A DNA stretch of 61,542 bases, counting the filler, from Jimgerdemannia flammicorona (Eukaryota): the NCBI GenBank assembly GCA_003990765.1. It is 2 parts of 2 records of this genome, joined end to end, with 100 filler letters (N's around TTAATTAATTAA, not from the genome) between each part and the next. Parts side by side here need not be neighbours in the genome. Positions count along the whole stretch, not along the records: positions 1 to 30,722 come from RBNJ01000428.1; positions 30,823 to 61,542 come from RBNJ01000429.1. One strand, given 5' to 3'. The position numbers and the translations under genes were made by a program. Positions 24,890-38,739 of this stretch are shown here, one piece after another (within the stretch, counting starts at the first letter, position 1; every line of letters starts with the position of its first letter). Under the pieces are notes generated by a model, which saw only the letters and a list, made by a program, of their open reading frames with translations, ran no database searches and was not told where the DNA came from.

Positions 24890-27800
24890 TCATCTTTCTC
24901 CAGTACTATTCAGGTTACACAACCTTTAGAAAGTACTTACAACATTGTTTTTGGAGAAAAGAGACTAACAATATGGTGACCAACAGACAATCTGAGATGC
25001 ATACTGGACAGGGTGGCCCAAGCACTTTCAACTGGCAACAGGTGGGGAGGGGCCCGAGACTGGGGGAGAGCATGAGGGGGCTGCTGGTGGGTGGACATGG
25101 AAGGAGTAGAGGTAGTGGTGGAGGCCAAGAGTCTGGGAGGACAAGCTTTGCAGAGATGGTAAAGGGGAGACAGCAGGCATCAGGGCTGGAGGGCTGGCTG
25201 AGGAGGAGCAAGGAGACCAAGAAGGCAGCAGTATGTACTTGAAAGAGGGGGCAGTGGAGCTGAGGGAGTAGTAGCTGGGGGGAGTGTGACTGCTGATGGT
25301 GACAGGACTGCCAATCTGGAAAAAGATCCAGATATGACAGCTGATGGCAAGACTGAGCAGCTGAGGCTTGGAAGATAAGGGGATTTGGTGGATGGCATGA
25401 TGGGCCTGGCAGTGGCCCTGTTACTCAAAAAGTTGATCTCAGTATTTACAGTTATACTGTACTTCTGGGGCTTAGTGGTGATGGTGAAAATAGTACTGGG
25501 GCTTATTGCTAAGCAGGTGGTAGAAGCTGTGTCAGTGAAGTTTTTGAAGGAACTGGAGAGAATGGAGGTGGGTTTTGAGGAGGCTGAGCCACTAGAGGAG
25601 GTGCTGAAGGTTGGATTGGTAGTTGGGGAGATGTGTATTCTGATGGCATGTTGCCTGAAGTGGGATCCCAGGGTGGTCCAACTGCTGGTAAAAGGAGTAT
25701 CCATGGTGATGGCAGTGGAGACAAGAAGGAGAGTTGAGGAAGTCATGGCAGAATATAGTAAGGTGGTAGATATTGAATTCCAGGTCTGGGAAGGGACCTC
25801 GCTCAGGACTGGTGATGTGGATGTGAGAATTTGGCTGGCTGGAAAAGAAGCTACTGGGAAGGCAAGAGACTGGTCTTCGGTAATGGTCTGGAGAGCGATC
25901 TTGTACAAGGTGACAAGGGTGAAGGGAAGTGAGAAGGAGGAGGAGGATTTATTGGAAGCACTAGAAGAGTTGAGTGGTGCTGTAGAGTAGCAAACAAAGG
26001 CTTGGGAGGCTTTTGTAGAGTCAACACACTTAGAGGTGGTGGATGGAAAGCAGATTTGAGTGGACAAGGTGCAGTGGGAAAGGGCTCAGAGGTGTAAGAG
26101 ACAGAAGGAGCTACTAGCTAAGCTGGATAACAGACTACTAGAGGATGTGAGCAAGATGAAGGGCACAGGGGGGGCCAAAGCAAGTGTCTGGGCCAGCAAG
26201 GGGGGTGGGAAGACTGGAAAGGAGACAGGGGAGGATAAGGAGAAGTCTGATAATGACCCATATACTGATGGTATACTGGAGGTTTGGGAGGTGGATTGGG
26301 AGAACTCCCCTACCCCTACCCCTCTTATCAGGCAAGGCCCAGCTTCCTGAAACAGGGTGGTGGAGGATGTGCCAATGCGGGGGGCTCAGAGGGTACAATT
26401 TGGAGTTCCAGAGATGGCAAATGGGGTACAAGTAGTGGTGGCTGGAGAGGAGGAACTGGTGGATGTCCCAGAGGTATAGGATGAGTCTGCAAGTACTGGG
26501 GCTGACACCACAATACTGGATGGAGGGAGGCTGGTGACTCTGGGTGGGAAGAAGGTGTGGAACTTACTTTGGATGTGACAGATGATGAATAACCTGGTGG
26601 CGGAAGAGTTGGGGAAGATGGACTTGAGAGTGATGAGTAATGAGCATTGGGTGAGAATACTGCAGAGAGATGGAGTGATGAAGGCATTGAAGACAGAAAT
26701 TCTTGTAGTATACCTAGAGGAGGAAGGATATGAGATGGATAAGGAGAGAGAGGCAGAGATGGTGGTCATTGCTGGGGAGAGGGCTGAATACTGCTGGAAT
26801 AAGTGTCATATTGCAGCTCTGGCAGGAGGCCTGCCTAGAATACTGAGAGGAGTTCGAGGAGAAGACAGATGGGGAGATGAACAACCTGCTGGCTGGATTG
26901 GAGGCTCAGAGGACAGAGGAGGAGGTGACTGTGGAACATAATCTGGACACAGCACAGGAGGAGATGAATATGGAGCAGTTGAGATCGATTGATAACATAA
27001 CATATTTCATTATGAACAGTACAACTAACATTTTTTCTTTAAATGTGAATGAGTTATGGGGTGCTGCTAGATATAGGAACATTTTTACTTGGATGAAGAG
27101 ATTGGAGGCCGATCTCTTCCTCTTGCAGGATGTCAGGTGTGGGGATGATTCTGATAGGATGGAATAGACAAAGGAATGGGGAGGTGTGGTGATTTGGAAG
27201 AGCAAGGTCAGGATTCTGGTTCGGAAAGACAGAGGAGAGATGAGGGATATGAGGAGCTGGGGGGAGAGACTGGTCTGGGGTAAGTGGATTCATACAGGCT
27301 GGAAGCCAGTTACAGTTGGCTCCTGTTACTGTCCTGCTGTATGGGGTGAGTATGTAGATTGGGTAAAAGGTCTCCAGGAGAGTGGGATCCTTGCAGAGAC
27401 TGAGGTGGATATGCTTGGGGGAGATTTCAATATGGTTTGGGATATACTGATAGATAGAACAGATGGAGGATGGGGTGCTGAGAGCAGGAGTAGAGGGCTG
27501 GCAGCATGGGAGGAAGTAGAAAGACTAAGTACACTGATAGATGCTGGTAGGGAGTGCTGGGGGGATAGGAGGGTTTATACACATTGGGCACCTGGAGACA
27601 AGGATCAACTGGATTCTGACAGCCAGTTGCTGGGGTCTAGATGTTTGGAAGTCACTAGAGGTAGAATAGTGTCTATAGTTGGATTACTGGGGGCTTTTGG
27701 GATAGGGGTGCTTTGGGGGAAGCAAGGATGGGCCTGATACCTAAATTCCTCTTTGTTAGATGACAAGACCCAGTAGGATGAGTGGGCTAAAGACATTCAG

Positions 27801-30722
27801 CTGAGGGTGGAGAACTGGTGGCAGGAAGGTGCCTCAGTTGGGGTTTGGTGGATGAGGATGAAGGAGATGGTTAAGATTTACTAGAGTGAGGCTGGCAAGG
27901 AGGCAGAGAAGCAGAGAAGGTGAAGAGTGTGATGGGCTTCTACTAGATTGGCTAGGCTCCTGGAGGAGTGGGCAAGGCTGACAAGGTTGGAGAGAGCAGA
28001 TGATTGGAGATTAATGAGGGCAAAGATGGAGGTTGGGGAACTACAATAGGTGCTGTGGGAAGAGGAAGAGGCAAGGGTACAAAGCTTGGTGGCATGGCTT
28101 CATTGGCAGGATCTGGAGGAAGGAGAGAGGCCTTCCAAGTTTCTTATGAGGGCCCTTAGGACAAGAAGGGTACAGCAACAGTGGGAAGGGGTACTTGACT
28201 CAGATGGTGTACTAGTATATAGTATACAGGACATTCTTGGATTATTGAAGAAGCGATGGAGTGGATTGTGGAGTGAGGAGGAGGGTGGGGCAGATGCTGC
28301 TACCATTGACTGAACATTGGAGGATTGGTACCCACTACAAGTAGAGGGGCTAGGTGACCTGGTGATGCCTGTACAGGAGGATGAGATTCACTGAGTTCTT
28401 GCCACAACAACACCAGGTATGGCACCTGGGAAGGATGGTCTGCTCTGGGACTTCTTGAAGCAAATGGTTGGAGTCCCAGATATGATGGGAGAGATGATGG
28501 CATTGTGTGACTTTATCCTACAGACAGGGAGATGGGTGGGGGAGCAGTATCTTGGGCTGGTGATGCTGCTTTATAAGAACAAAGGAAGGTATGAGAATTG
28601 GAAGAACTGGTGACCGATAATATTGCTAGATATGGACAGAAAGTTAGTGACTAAGGTAGTGGTTGCAAGACTACAGAAGGTGGTCCAGCAAGTTGTGGGT
28701 ATTGAGCAGAGGAGATTTGTGGGTGGTTGACTCATTAGGGATGGCACAGCCTGGGTACATAGAGTTATTGAAGGGGCAAGGGCCTGTAGACTGGATGGGT
28801 GTCTAGTCTTCTTGGACCAGGAGAAGGCTTACGACTGGGTGTAATGAGTCTGGCTGGTGAAAGTATTGGATAGAACAGGGGTTCCATGCCAATTCTGGTC
28901 AGTAATGGTCAGCCTACTGGAAGGGAGTAGGGCTGTGCTCATGTATAATAGATATAGAGGGGTAGCATTCCCCTTGGGTAGGGGGGTGCCCCAGGGGGAC
29001 CCACTGTCCCCCATTTTGTATACTCTTTCCCTGGAACCCCTAATGGACAGAATTAGGTGGAGGATAGTGGAGCTCTCTGTCTTTGATATTGGGTGGAAAG
29101 TTGGGGCCTTTGTAGATGACATGGTGATTGGTTTGAGATCGATTGCTGATGTTGAGGAGCTCAAGAAGACAGTGGAGTGGTATGAGGAGAACTCTGGGGC
29201 TAAGCTGAATTGGCACAAGTGTGAAATGATGGTACTAGGCAATAGTCTGGTGGGAGGAGAGGTTATAGGAACAATCATCCCCACTGGTGAGGCAGTGTGG
29301 TACTTGGGCATCTATTTGTCAGTCTATGGGTCAGTTCTGCCCAGGCTTTGGTGGGAGCAGAGGATTAGAATCTGGAAGGAGACCATGCAGGGTTGGGGGG
29401 GAAGACACTTTTCTCTGGCAGAGCAGGTCTCAATTTTAAATGTCTATTGGCTGCCGAAGTTGTGGTATCTGGTTTATCATCTGGACTTCCCAGCCTGAGT
29501 GGTGAAGAGATTGATGAAGTTGGCAAAGAGATGGATTTGGGCTGGCAGACAGAGTCAGATTAGTTGGGAGACCTTGTCCTTACCAGTGGCAAGAGGTGGT
29601 CTTGGGCTGGTAGACTTTCCAAAATGGCTACACTGCTTGAGAGCATGGTGGCTAAAGAGGGCAGTAGAGTTGAGAGGAGGTGGTTGGGTTCTCCTGCTGC
29701 AGAAGATCTGGGAGAGATGGTCATCATCAAGAGGCTCAACTGGTGATCTCCTCTCATTGATTGGACTTTGGAACATTGAATGACTGTAATATAAAGGATT
29801 TTGGTCAGGGATAGCAGAGGGGGTGCACTACATTGAAATTTGTTAGCAGGGAAATGAAGGGGAGGTGGCTTGGGACCCAGAAATATGGAGATGAGATCAT
29901 ATACTGCTGGGTGGTACTCCTTTAATTGAGTTTGACATTGGTGATGGAATGGAATACCAAAGGGGACCAGGCCAGGATCTGTGGCCTAGCAGTTGGCAAG
30001 GAGTTGAAATTGGAGAAGAGTGGAACTGGCATGGTGTTTGGACCTAGAGTACCACAGTGAGAAAGTGGATGCTGCCAAAGTACTGGGTGGTCTGGTAGCA
30101 TATGCTGCAGAGGAATATAATACTCAACTTCTGCTCAGGGCACCTTATCATAGGGGGTTGCTTCGACTGTGAGGAGTGTCATAATGTAGGACAGGAAGGA
30201 GGTTATGTACAGATGCCAGAACATTGGTTAGGAGAGTGTGAGGTGTTGGGGGACTTTTGGCAGACTATTGGGGATTGCTTGAGGGTAAGGTGTAGGGGAG
30301 ATGAAGTATGGAGGAGGTGGGAGGACTTGAGGGATCAATTGGTAGGGGGGGTAGGAAAGGAGTAGCTTACCTTAGGCTGGGCTTTGGCCATTTGGGTGGG
30401 ACTGGCCAGTCACTAGTGATTTGTTTTTAAGGATAGGAGGAGACAGGGCTTGGGGGACCAGTTGTTGCAGTGGCATAGTCTTATGGAAGACACCTTGACA
30501 GGCTGGTGGCTTGGTTGAGGGCTGCAGAGTGGTCAGAGGTGCTGCTTGGTGGAGAAAATCTGTGGACAGAGTGGGGAGAGAGTTGGAGTAGTTGGTGAGA
30601 GGGTGATCTTTATTTGTGAGAAGGTGGAGAGGGGCTCCCCTATGGGGATTGGGTAGTAGGTGGTGATAATGTACACTTACTCATAGACTGGTAATAAAGA
30701 TGGAGTCCAAGTGACTGTAAAA
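24890..30722 (+). mobile_element. Full-length degenerate L1/Tx1-type LINE (A)
   Basis: ORF1 from 24973; ORF2 ~27012-30656 with APE endonuclease (IFSLNVN, LFLLQD, GGDFN), RT (LDQEKAYD, GVPQGDPLSP, FVDD, YLG, RGGLGL) and C-terminal CxxC..H..C. AATAAA plus A-tail. Many stops. Confidence 0.92.
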
Positions 30723-30822
30723 NNNNNNNNNNNNNNNNNNNNNNNNNNNNNNNNNNNNNNNNNNNNTTAATTAATTAANNNNNNNNNNNNNNNNNNNNNN
30801 NNNNNNNNNNNNNNNNNNNNNN
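30723..30822. other. Artificial contig-joining spacer
   Basis: Exactly 44 N + TTAATTAATTAA (stop codons in all six frames) + 44 N = 100 nt. Confidence 0.95.
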
Positions 30823-33800
30823 TAGTCCCTTGGACTCTGTCTTTATTACTAGTCTAAGAATAAGTATACAATATCACCACCCACTATCTGATCCCCATCG
30901 GGGGGCCCCTCCCCACCCCTTCACATATAAAGACCACTCTCTCACCAAACACTCCAACTCTCCCCCCACCAAGTGGTACCTCTGACCCCCCTGCAGCCCC
31001 CAACCAAGCCACCAGCCTGTCAAGGTATCCTCCATAAGGCACTGCCACCATGATAACCTGCTCCCTAAGCTCTGTCACCTCTCCTCCTCAAATACAAATA
31101 GCCAGTGACTGGCCAGCCCAACCCAAATAGCCAATGCCCAGTCTAGAGTAATCCACTCCTCCCCTACCCCTCTTATCAATTGATCCCTCAGGTCCTCCCA
31201 CCTCCCCCGTATACCATCACCCCTATGCCTTACCCCCAAGCGGTCCCCAATGGCCTGCCAAAAGTCTTCCAACACCTTGTACTCCCCTAGCCAATGTTTC
31301 AGCATCTGTACAAATCCCCCTTCCTGCCCTACATTATGGCACTCCTCGCAGTCAAAGCAACCCCCTACAACAAGGTGTCCTGAGCAAAAGTTAAGCATTA
31401 CATTCCTCCTCAGCATATGCCACCAGACCACCCAGTACTTCGGCGGCATCCAATTTTTCACCATGGCACTCCAGGTCCAAACCCCATGCCAGTCCCACTC
31501 CTCACCAATTCCTGCTCCTTGCCAACTGCTAGGCCACAGGTCCTGGCCTGGTCCCCTTTGGCATTTGATTCCATCACCAATGTCGAACTCAAGTAAAGGC
31601 ATGCCTCCCAGAAGAATGCCATCCCATCTCCACATTGCCGGGCCCCAAGCCCTCTCCCCCTCATCTCCTTGCCAGCGAATACCAATGTGGTGAGCTCCCT
31701 CGGCTATCCCCCACCAGAAGCCTTTATATCTCAGTTGTGCAGTGTTCTGAAGCCCAACTAATGAAAGAAGATCTCCAGTCAAGCCTCTTGGAGATATCCA
31801 CCTCTCCCAAACCTTCTGCAGCAGGGGAACCCAGCCCCCTCCATGCAACTCCACTGCCCTCCAAAGCCACCATACCCTCAAGCAGTGTAGTTGTTTGGGG
31901 AAGTCCACCAGCCCAAGACCACCTCTCACCACTAGTAGGGACAAAGTCTCCCAATCAATCTGACTCTGTCTGCCAGCCCAGATCCATCCCTTGGCCACCT
32001 TCACCAGTCTCTTCACCACTCAGGCCGGGAAGTCCAGATGATAAGCCAAGTACCACAGCTTTGGCAGCCAGTATATATTCAAAATCGAGATCCTTCCTGC
32101 CAGAGAGAAGTGTCTTCCCCCCCAACCCTGCAGGGCCTCCTCCCAAATTCCAATCCTCTGCTCCCACCACAGCTTGGGCAGAACAGACCCATAGACTGAC
32201 AAATAGATGCCCAAGTACCGCACTGCCTCTCTGGTGGGGACAAATGTTCCAATAACTTCTCCTCCCACCAGGCCATTGCCCAGCACCATTGTTTTGCACT
32301 TATGCCAATTCAACTTCGCCCCAGAGTTCTCCTCATACCACTCCACTGTCTTCTTGAGCTCCTCGACATCCGCAGTCACTCCCAAACCAACCACCATGTC
32401 ATCTGCAAAGGCACCAACTTTCCAGCCAATGCCATAAATAGAGAGCCCCACAATCCTCCACTGAATCCTATCCATTAGAGGCTCCAAGAAAAGAGCATAC
32501 AAAATGGGGGACAATGGGTCCCCCTGGGGCACTCCCCTACCCAGAGGGAATGCTACCCCTCTATGCCCATTACACACGAGTGCAGCCCTACTCCTTTCCA
32601 GTAGGCTGACCATTGCTGACTGAAATGGGACCGGAACCCCAATTCTATCTAATACTTTCTCCAGCCAGACTTGCTGCACCTGGTCATAAGCCTTCTCCTG
32701 GTCCAAGAAGACAAGATGTCCATCCAGTCCACAGGCTCGGGCACCTTCAATAACTCCATGTACCCAGGCTGTACCATCTCTAATAAGCTGACCCCCTATG
32801 AAGCCCCTCTGCTCAACACCCACAATCTGCTAGGCCACCTTCTGTAGCCTTGTGACCACCACCTTAGTCACCAACTTTCTATCCATATCTAGCAACATTA
32901 TCGGCTACCAGTTCTTCCAATCCTCTCGCCTTCCTTTGTTCTTATAAAGCAGCATCACCAGCCCAAGATCCTGCTCCCCCACCCATCTCCCTGACTGCAA
33001 TATAGAGTCACACAGTGCTGTCAACTCCCCCAACATGCCCGGGACTCCAACCATTTGCTTCCAGAAGTCCCAGGGGAGGCCATCCTCCCCAGGTGCCATA
33101 CCCGAGGCTGTCGTGATAAGAACCTGGTGGATCTCTTCCTCCTTTACAGGCATCACCAGGTCACCCAATCCCTCAGCTTGTGGTGGGTGCCATTTCTCTA
33201 ATGTTTGGTCAATAGCTGTAGCATCTGCCCCACCCTCCTCCTCACTCCACAATCCACTCCAATGCGCCTTCAGTATTCCAAGGATATCCTGTACACCATG
33301 CACTAGTATATCATCCAAGTCAAGTACCCCTTCTCACTGCTGCTGTACCCTTCTCGCTCGAAGTGTCCTTGTGAGAAACTTGGAAGGCCTCTCCCCTTCC
33401 TCCAGCCCCTGCCAGCAGAGTCATGCCACCAGGCCTTGCATCCTTGACTCTTCCTCTTCCCGTAGCACCTATTGTAGTTCCCCAACCTCCATCTTTACTC
33501 TTGTTAATCTCCAATCCTCTACTCCCTCCACTACTGCCAGTCTCGCCCACTCCTCCAGGAGCCTAGCCAATCTAGTAGAAGCCCAATGCACTCTCTGCCT
33601 TCGCTGCTTCCCAGCCACTCTGCCAGTCTCACTCCAATACATCCTGGCTATCTCTTTCATCCTCATCCACCGAACCCCAATTTCGGCCCCTTCCTGCCTC
33701 CAATTCGCCACCTTCAGCTGAATGTCTTTTGCCCACTCCTCCCACCGTGACTCATCATCCAACAAAGAAGAATTTAGGCACCAATGTCCAGGCCCATCAC

Positions 33801-36660
33801 CACTTCCCCCAAAACACCCCTGTCCCAAAAGGCCCCAATGATCTGACCACGGACACCATTCTACCTCTAGCACCTTCCAAACATCACAGCCCCAACAGTC
33901 AGCTGATAGAATCCAGTCAATCCTTGACCCCAGACCTCCAGCCCAATGTGTATAGACCCTCCTGTCCCCCCAGTACTCCCTACCAGCATCCACCAGTGCT
34001 CCTAGCCTCTCAACCTCCTCCCACATCGCCAGCCCCCCACTCCTGCTCTCAGCACCCTGTCCTCTATCAGTCCTATCCAGCCGTACTTCCTGAACCATAT
34101 TGAAATCGCCTCCAAGTATATCCAACCCAGCTTCAGCCAGGATCCCACTCTCCAGGAGCCATGTTATCCAATCTACACGCTCCCTCCATACAGCAGGGCA
34201 GTAACAAGAGCCAATAGTAACTGGCTCTCATCCTGCATGAATCCACTCACCCCAGACCAGTCTCTCCCCCCAGCTCCTCACATCCCTTATCTCCCCTCTG
34301 CCTTTCCGAACCAGAATCCTGACCTTGATATTCCAAATCACCATACCACCCTATTCCTTAGACCATTCCATTCTATCAGAATCATCCTTGCACCTGATAT
34401 CCTGCAAGAGGAAGAGATTGGCCTCCAATTCCTTCAACCAGAAAAAAATGTTCCTGCATCTAACTGCGCCCCTCATCCCATTCATGTTCAAAGAAAAAAT
34501 GTTAGTTATACTGTTCATATTGAAATATGGTTTGTTCCCAATCAATCCCTACTGCTCCATGCCCATCACCTCCTGTGCTGTGTCCAGATTATGTTCAGCC
34601 ATCACCTCCTCCTCTTCAGCCCTCTGAGCCTCCAGTCCAGCTAACAGCTCATTCATCTCCTCATCGGCCTTCTCCTCAAACTCCTCCCTGTACTCGATGT
34701 AAGCCTCCTGCCAAAGCTGCAACCCATGATGCCTGTTCCAACAGTACTCAGCCTTCTCCCCAGCAACAACCACCAGCTCTGCCTCCCTCTCCTTGTCCAC
34801 CTCATACCCTTCCTCCTCCAGATACACCATGAGAATTTCCACCTTCAGTGCCATCACCACTCCTTCCCCCTGCAAAATTCTCGTCCAGTGCTCATCACCC
34901 ATCCCACGCAAGTCCACCTCCCCCAGCTCTTCTGCCACCAGGTTATTCATCATCTGGCACATCCAAAGTAGGTTCCCCACCTCCTTCCCACCAGGGGTCA
35001 CTGGCCTCCCTCCATCCAGCATCGTGGTGTCAGCTCCAGCGCTCGCATCCTCATCCCACACCTCCAGGACATCCACCAGTTCCTCCTTCCCAGCTGCCAC
35101 AACTTGGTCCCCATCCATTACCTCCGGAATGCCGAATTTCACCTGCTGGGTCTCCAGCATCGTCACATCCTCTCCAGATTTATGCCTGGAAGCTGGGCCA
35201 TGCCTGATAAGAGGGGAAGGGGTGGGAGAATTCTTCCAGACTTCTTCCCAAACCTCCAAGGTGCCATCAGTATATGGGTCACTAATCGTCACCTCCTCCA
35301 CCTTCCCTGACTTTGCCCCATTATTCCCACTCCTCTCACTAGCCCAGACACTTGCTCCGGCCCCTTCTGCACTCGTCTTCATGCTCGCATCCTTCTGTGG
35401 TCCACCCCCCAGTTTAGCCAGCAGATCCCTCTGCCTCTTCTGCCCCTGAGCCCTTTCCCACTGCACCTTGTCCACTCGAATCCTCTTTCCATCCACTACC
35501 TCCAGGTGCATTGACTCCTCGAAAGTCTTCTAGGCCTTAGCTCGCCATTCCACAGCCCCATCCAGCTCCTCCAGCACTTCCAATAAATCTTCCTCCTCTT
35601 CTTTACTTCCTTTCACCTGTGTCACCTTGTACAGGAATACTCCCCAAACCATCACCAAAGGCCAGTCCCTCGTCTTCCCAGTAGTCTCTTTCCCAGCCAG
35701 CCGAATCCTCACATCCACATCCCCAGTCCTGAGCGTGGTCCCTTCCCAGACCCAGAATCCGATATCCACCACCTCACTGTACTCTGCCATGACATCCTCC
35801 ACTCTCTTCCTCATCTCTATCACTGTCACTATGGGTACCCCTTTCACCAGCAGTTGAACCACCCTTGGATCTCATTTCAGACACCTTGCCATCGGAACAC
35901 ACACCTCCCCAACTACCAACCCAATCTTCAGCACCTCCTCCAGTGGTTCAACCTCCTCAAAACCCACCTCCACCCCCTCCAGCCCCTTCAGAAACTTCAC
36001 TGAAGCCGCTCCTGCCACCTGCTTAGCGATAAGCCCCAACACCATTTTTGCCATCACCACTAAGCCCTGGAAGCACAGCATGACTGCGAATGCCGAGATC
36101 GACTTCTTGAGTAACGGAGCCACTGCCAGTCCCATTACACCATCTGCCAGGTCCCCGGGCCTCGTGTCCTTCCTACCGCTCGGCTCACCATCAGCAGTCC
36201 CATCTAGATTTTTTTCTAGATTGCCCATCACACCCCCATCAGTAGTCCCCGCCCCAGCTGCAACCCCCCCAGCCCCACTCCTATGGCCCTCCAGAGAGGA
36301 ACCCCCAAGAGGTTGCTGCCTGGTAGCCTTTGATGGTACCTTCCCCCCTCTTAGCCAGCTCTCCAGTCCAGCTCCTTGCTGACCCCCCTTCACCTTCTCT
36401 GCAAAGCTCACCCTGTCAGACCCTTGCCCTCCAGCTCCTCTCCCTCCTCCACCATGGCCTCCCGCCAGCAGGCCCCTCATACTTCTCCCCAAGCTGAGTC
36501 CTCTCCCCACTTGCTGCCATTCAAACGCTCCAGAGCCACCCTGCTCAGTATGTACCTCCGGATGCTCATTGGTTGCCATGATACTAGTAGCTTTTCTCCA
36601 GAAACTGTGTCGAAAGTGTTGCTGAAAGATTGTGTAACCTGAATGTTACCGGAGAGAGGA
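30823..36660 (-). mobile_element. Full-length degenerate L1/Tx1-type LINE (B), same family as A, less decayed
   Basis: ORF1 36579-34549; ORF2 34518-30884 (GGDFN, SRIDWIL, SDH, QGDPLSP, FADD). 5' and 3' UTRs homologous to LINE A. Confidence 0.92.
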
Positions 36661-36810
36661 ATCCTTTTATATCTCTTTTTTTAAGTATTATATTATATTA
36701 TAGTTATTTACTAGTACTTCTTCTTTTTTAAATTTGAGATTTTCTACTATTAGAACTTATCTATATTCTTCATTTTCACTATAATTTCTTATGTTTTAAG
36801 TATGGATAAA

Positions 36811-37130
36811 TAGTAGTACTCTCAATAAATTAATTCAAATCAAAGAACTAATTTTAATTCAAGATTCAATTCAAAATCTATTTTTTTTTAAAATATAATA
36901 ACTTAATAAAAATATATTCCAATTTAATAATCTTTAGCTTATTAAATTTGGATATATTTTTATTGAGTTATTATATTTCAAAAAATAGGGGTTGAATCAG
37001 ACCCTTAATTCAATTCAAATTCAATTCAATTTGAACTTTATTCAAATTGAAAAATCTCTAATTCAATTCAATTTGAATGATCCTCAATTTGATTTGATTT
37101 AAATTAATTCAATTTATTTAGAAATACTAG
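36811..37130. mobile_element. Possible MITE with decayed terminal inverted repeats and internal AATTC repeats
   Basis: Left tagtactctcaataaattaattcaaatcaaa resembles the reverse complement of the right end, tagtatttctaaataaattgaattaatttaaatcaaa. Confidence 0.4.
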
Positions 37131-38600
37131 TAATTAGTATTCTTTTAGTATATTTACAGTCATTTTATAGTTATTGCTTAATTATATTATATTATATTCC
37201 TAGTATATTGCATTCTTTCATATATTATCTCATTGAGCAGAAGTATTAAAATTTCTATTATTTTAATATCTTAATAATATAACTTATATAACTATATTAT
37301 CTTTGAGCAACATCACTTGCTGTATAAATATATACTATCTTGAATAATAAACAAAGTACTCCTCTTCTTCTTACTCTATATTTCCAACTAAGATATAATA
37401 TTTTATTAATTAAAAATTATTATTATTTATATATTGAGATAAAAAAAAATTACTTAGATAAAAAAGAGATCAATATTATTATTATTAGCTTAAGTGATAT
37501 TTGTATTATATTGTTCTTTGCTACTCTCTTATCTATAGTTATTTTTACTACTTCTCTTATCCTTATAATAGTAATTATACTATATATATATCTATATTTT
37601 CTATAATAATAATTATAGCTATTAAACTTCTTTTAATCATACTTTTGATCTTATTTTTACTTTCTTTCTTAGTCTTATTGATTCTTTTTACCACATCTAT
37701 ATAAGCTATAAAAGGCTTTCTTATTATTATCAATATTATATTATTCTCTTAATAGACTTTTTTATTGATAAAACTTATTATTATATATTAATTCTCTATA
37801 AGTCTACTATTTTTATATATAGTGATAACAATAATATTATATCTCAGAGAGACTTCTTGTAAGAGCTAGAATCTTATCTTTATCCTTAATAGTCTTGGTC
37901 TTAATTATTATGAACAAATTTACTTTACTTATAAGATTATTAATACAGTTAGTATAATTGCAGATTGTCTTTTTAGACTTTATTTAGAGATTGAATAGTT
38001 GAGATTTTAGATAGAATTAGTTTGATATATAGATACATATAATGAATACATAGAGTTCTCTATATATTATATACTATTATATATAATATATATGTATATT
38101 ATAAGCTTTATTTATAAGTTCAATAAGGTGAAGATAATTTCTCTTAGTGCTTAGTAATTATTTTTAGTATTATACTTATAGAACTCTATTTAGAGCTTTA
38201 TATATTCTACCAAACTATATTCATTAAAGAGATTGATTATATATATATATGTAAAATATCTAAATAGTATAATTTTTATAATTAAAAATAGAAATAAATA
38301 TCTTATTTATATTTATAATAATAATGATAAAGACTATATTTTTCATAATAGTACCTATAATTACAATAGAGAATATTTTTATTATCAAAACACTTATACT
38401 TAGTATAGCTATATTTTTCATAATTATATATATTATATATAGCATATATATATTAGAAATTCTTTTCTAACTACTAAGCAGGACTTATATCTTTATAGTA
38501 AAATTTACAAAATATTTAAGTAAAAGAAGATTGTTTTTATTAAAGCTATAAAAATTGTATATTTCTCATATTATTGAAAAAGACATAATTAATCTCAAAG
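37131..38600 (-). mobile_element. Extremely AT-rich TE relic, possibly LTR gag region
   Basis: TA-saturated and CpG-free. Minus-strand YNYYRKYRYI*YNY (~37570-37620) resembles a G>A-decayed CCHC knuckle. Confidence 0.35.
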
Positions 38601-38739
38601 AGAATGTGGCATAAAGTCACATACTTGTCAAGTTACCATCCAATACAACAAATTATCAATTTTTCAAATTGAACATTCTTGCAATAGTTTGATAATTCAG
38701 TTGAATTTTACAAATAATTTTCAGCTTGATTCATTTTGC

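Noticed and set aside
25180..35449. Long Ser/Pro-rich ORFs antisense to the LINEs
   Set aside because: Shadow frames of purine-rich LINE coding strands.
24890..36660. Giant inverted repeat or tail-to-tail LINE pair
   Set aside because: The two LINEs meet at an artificial contig linker, so adjacency and orientation are unproven.
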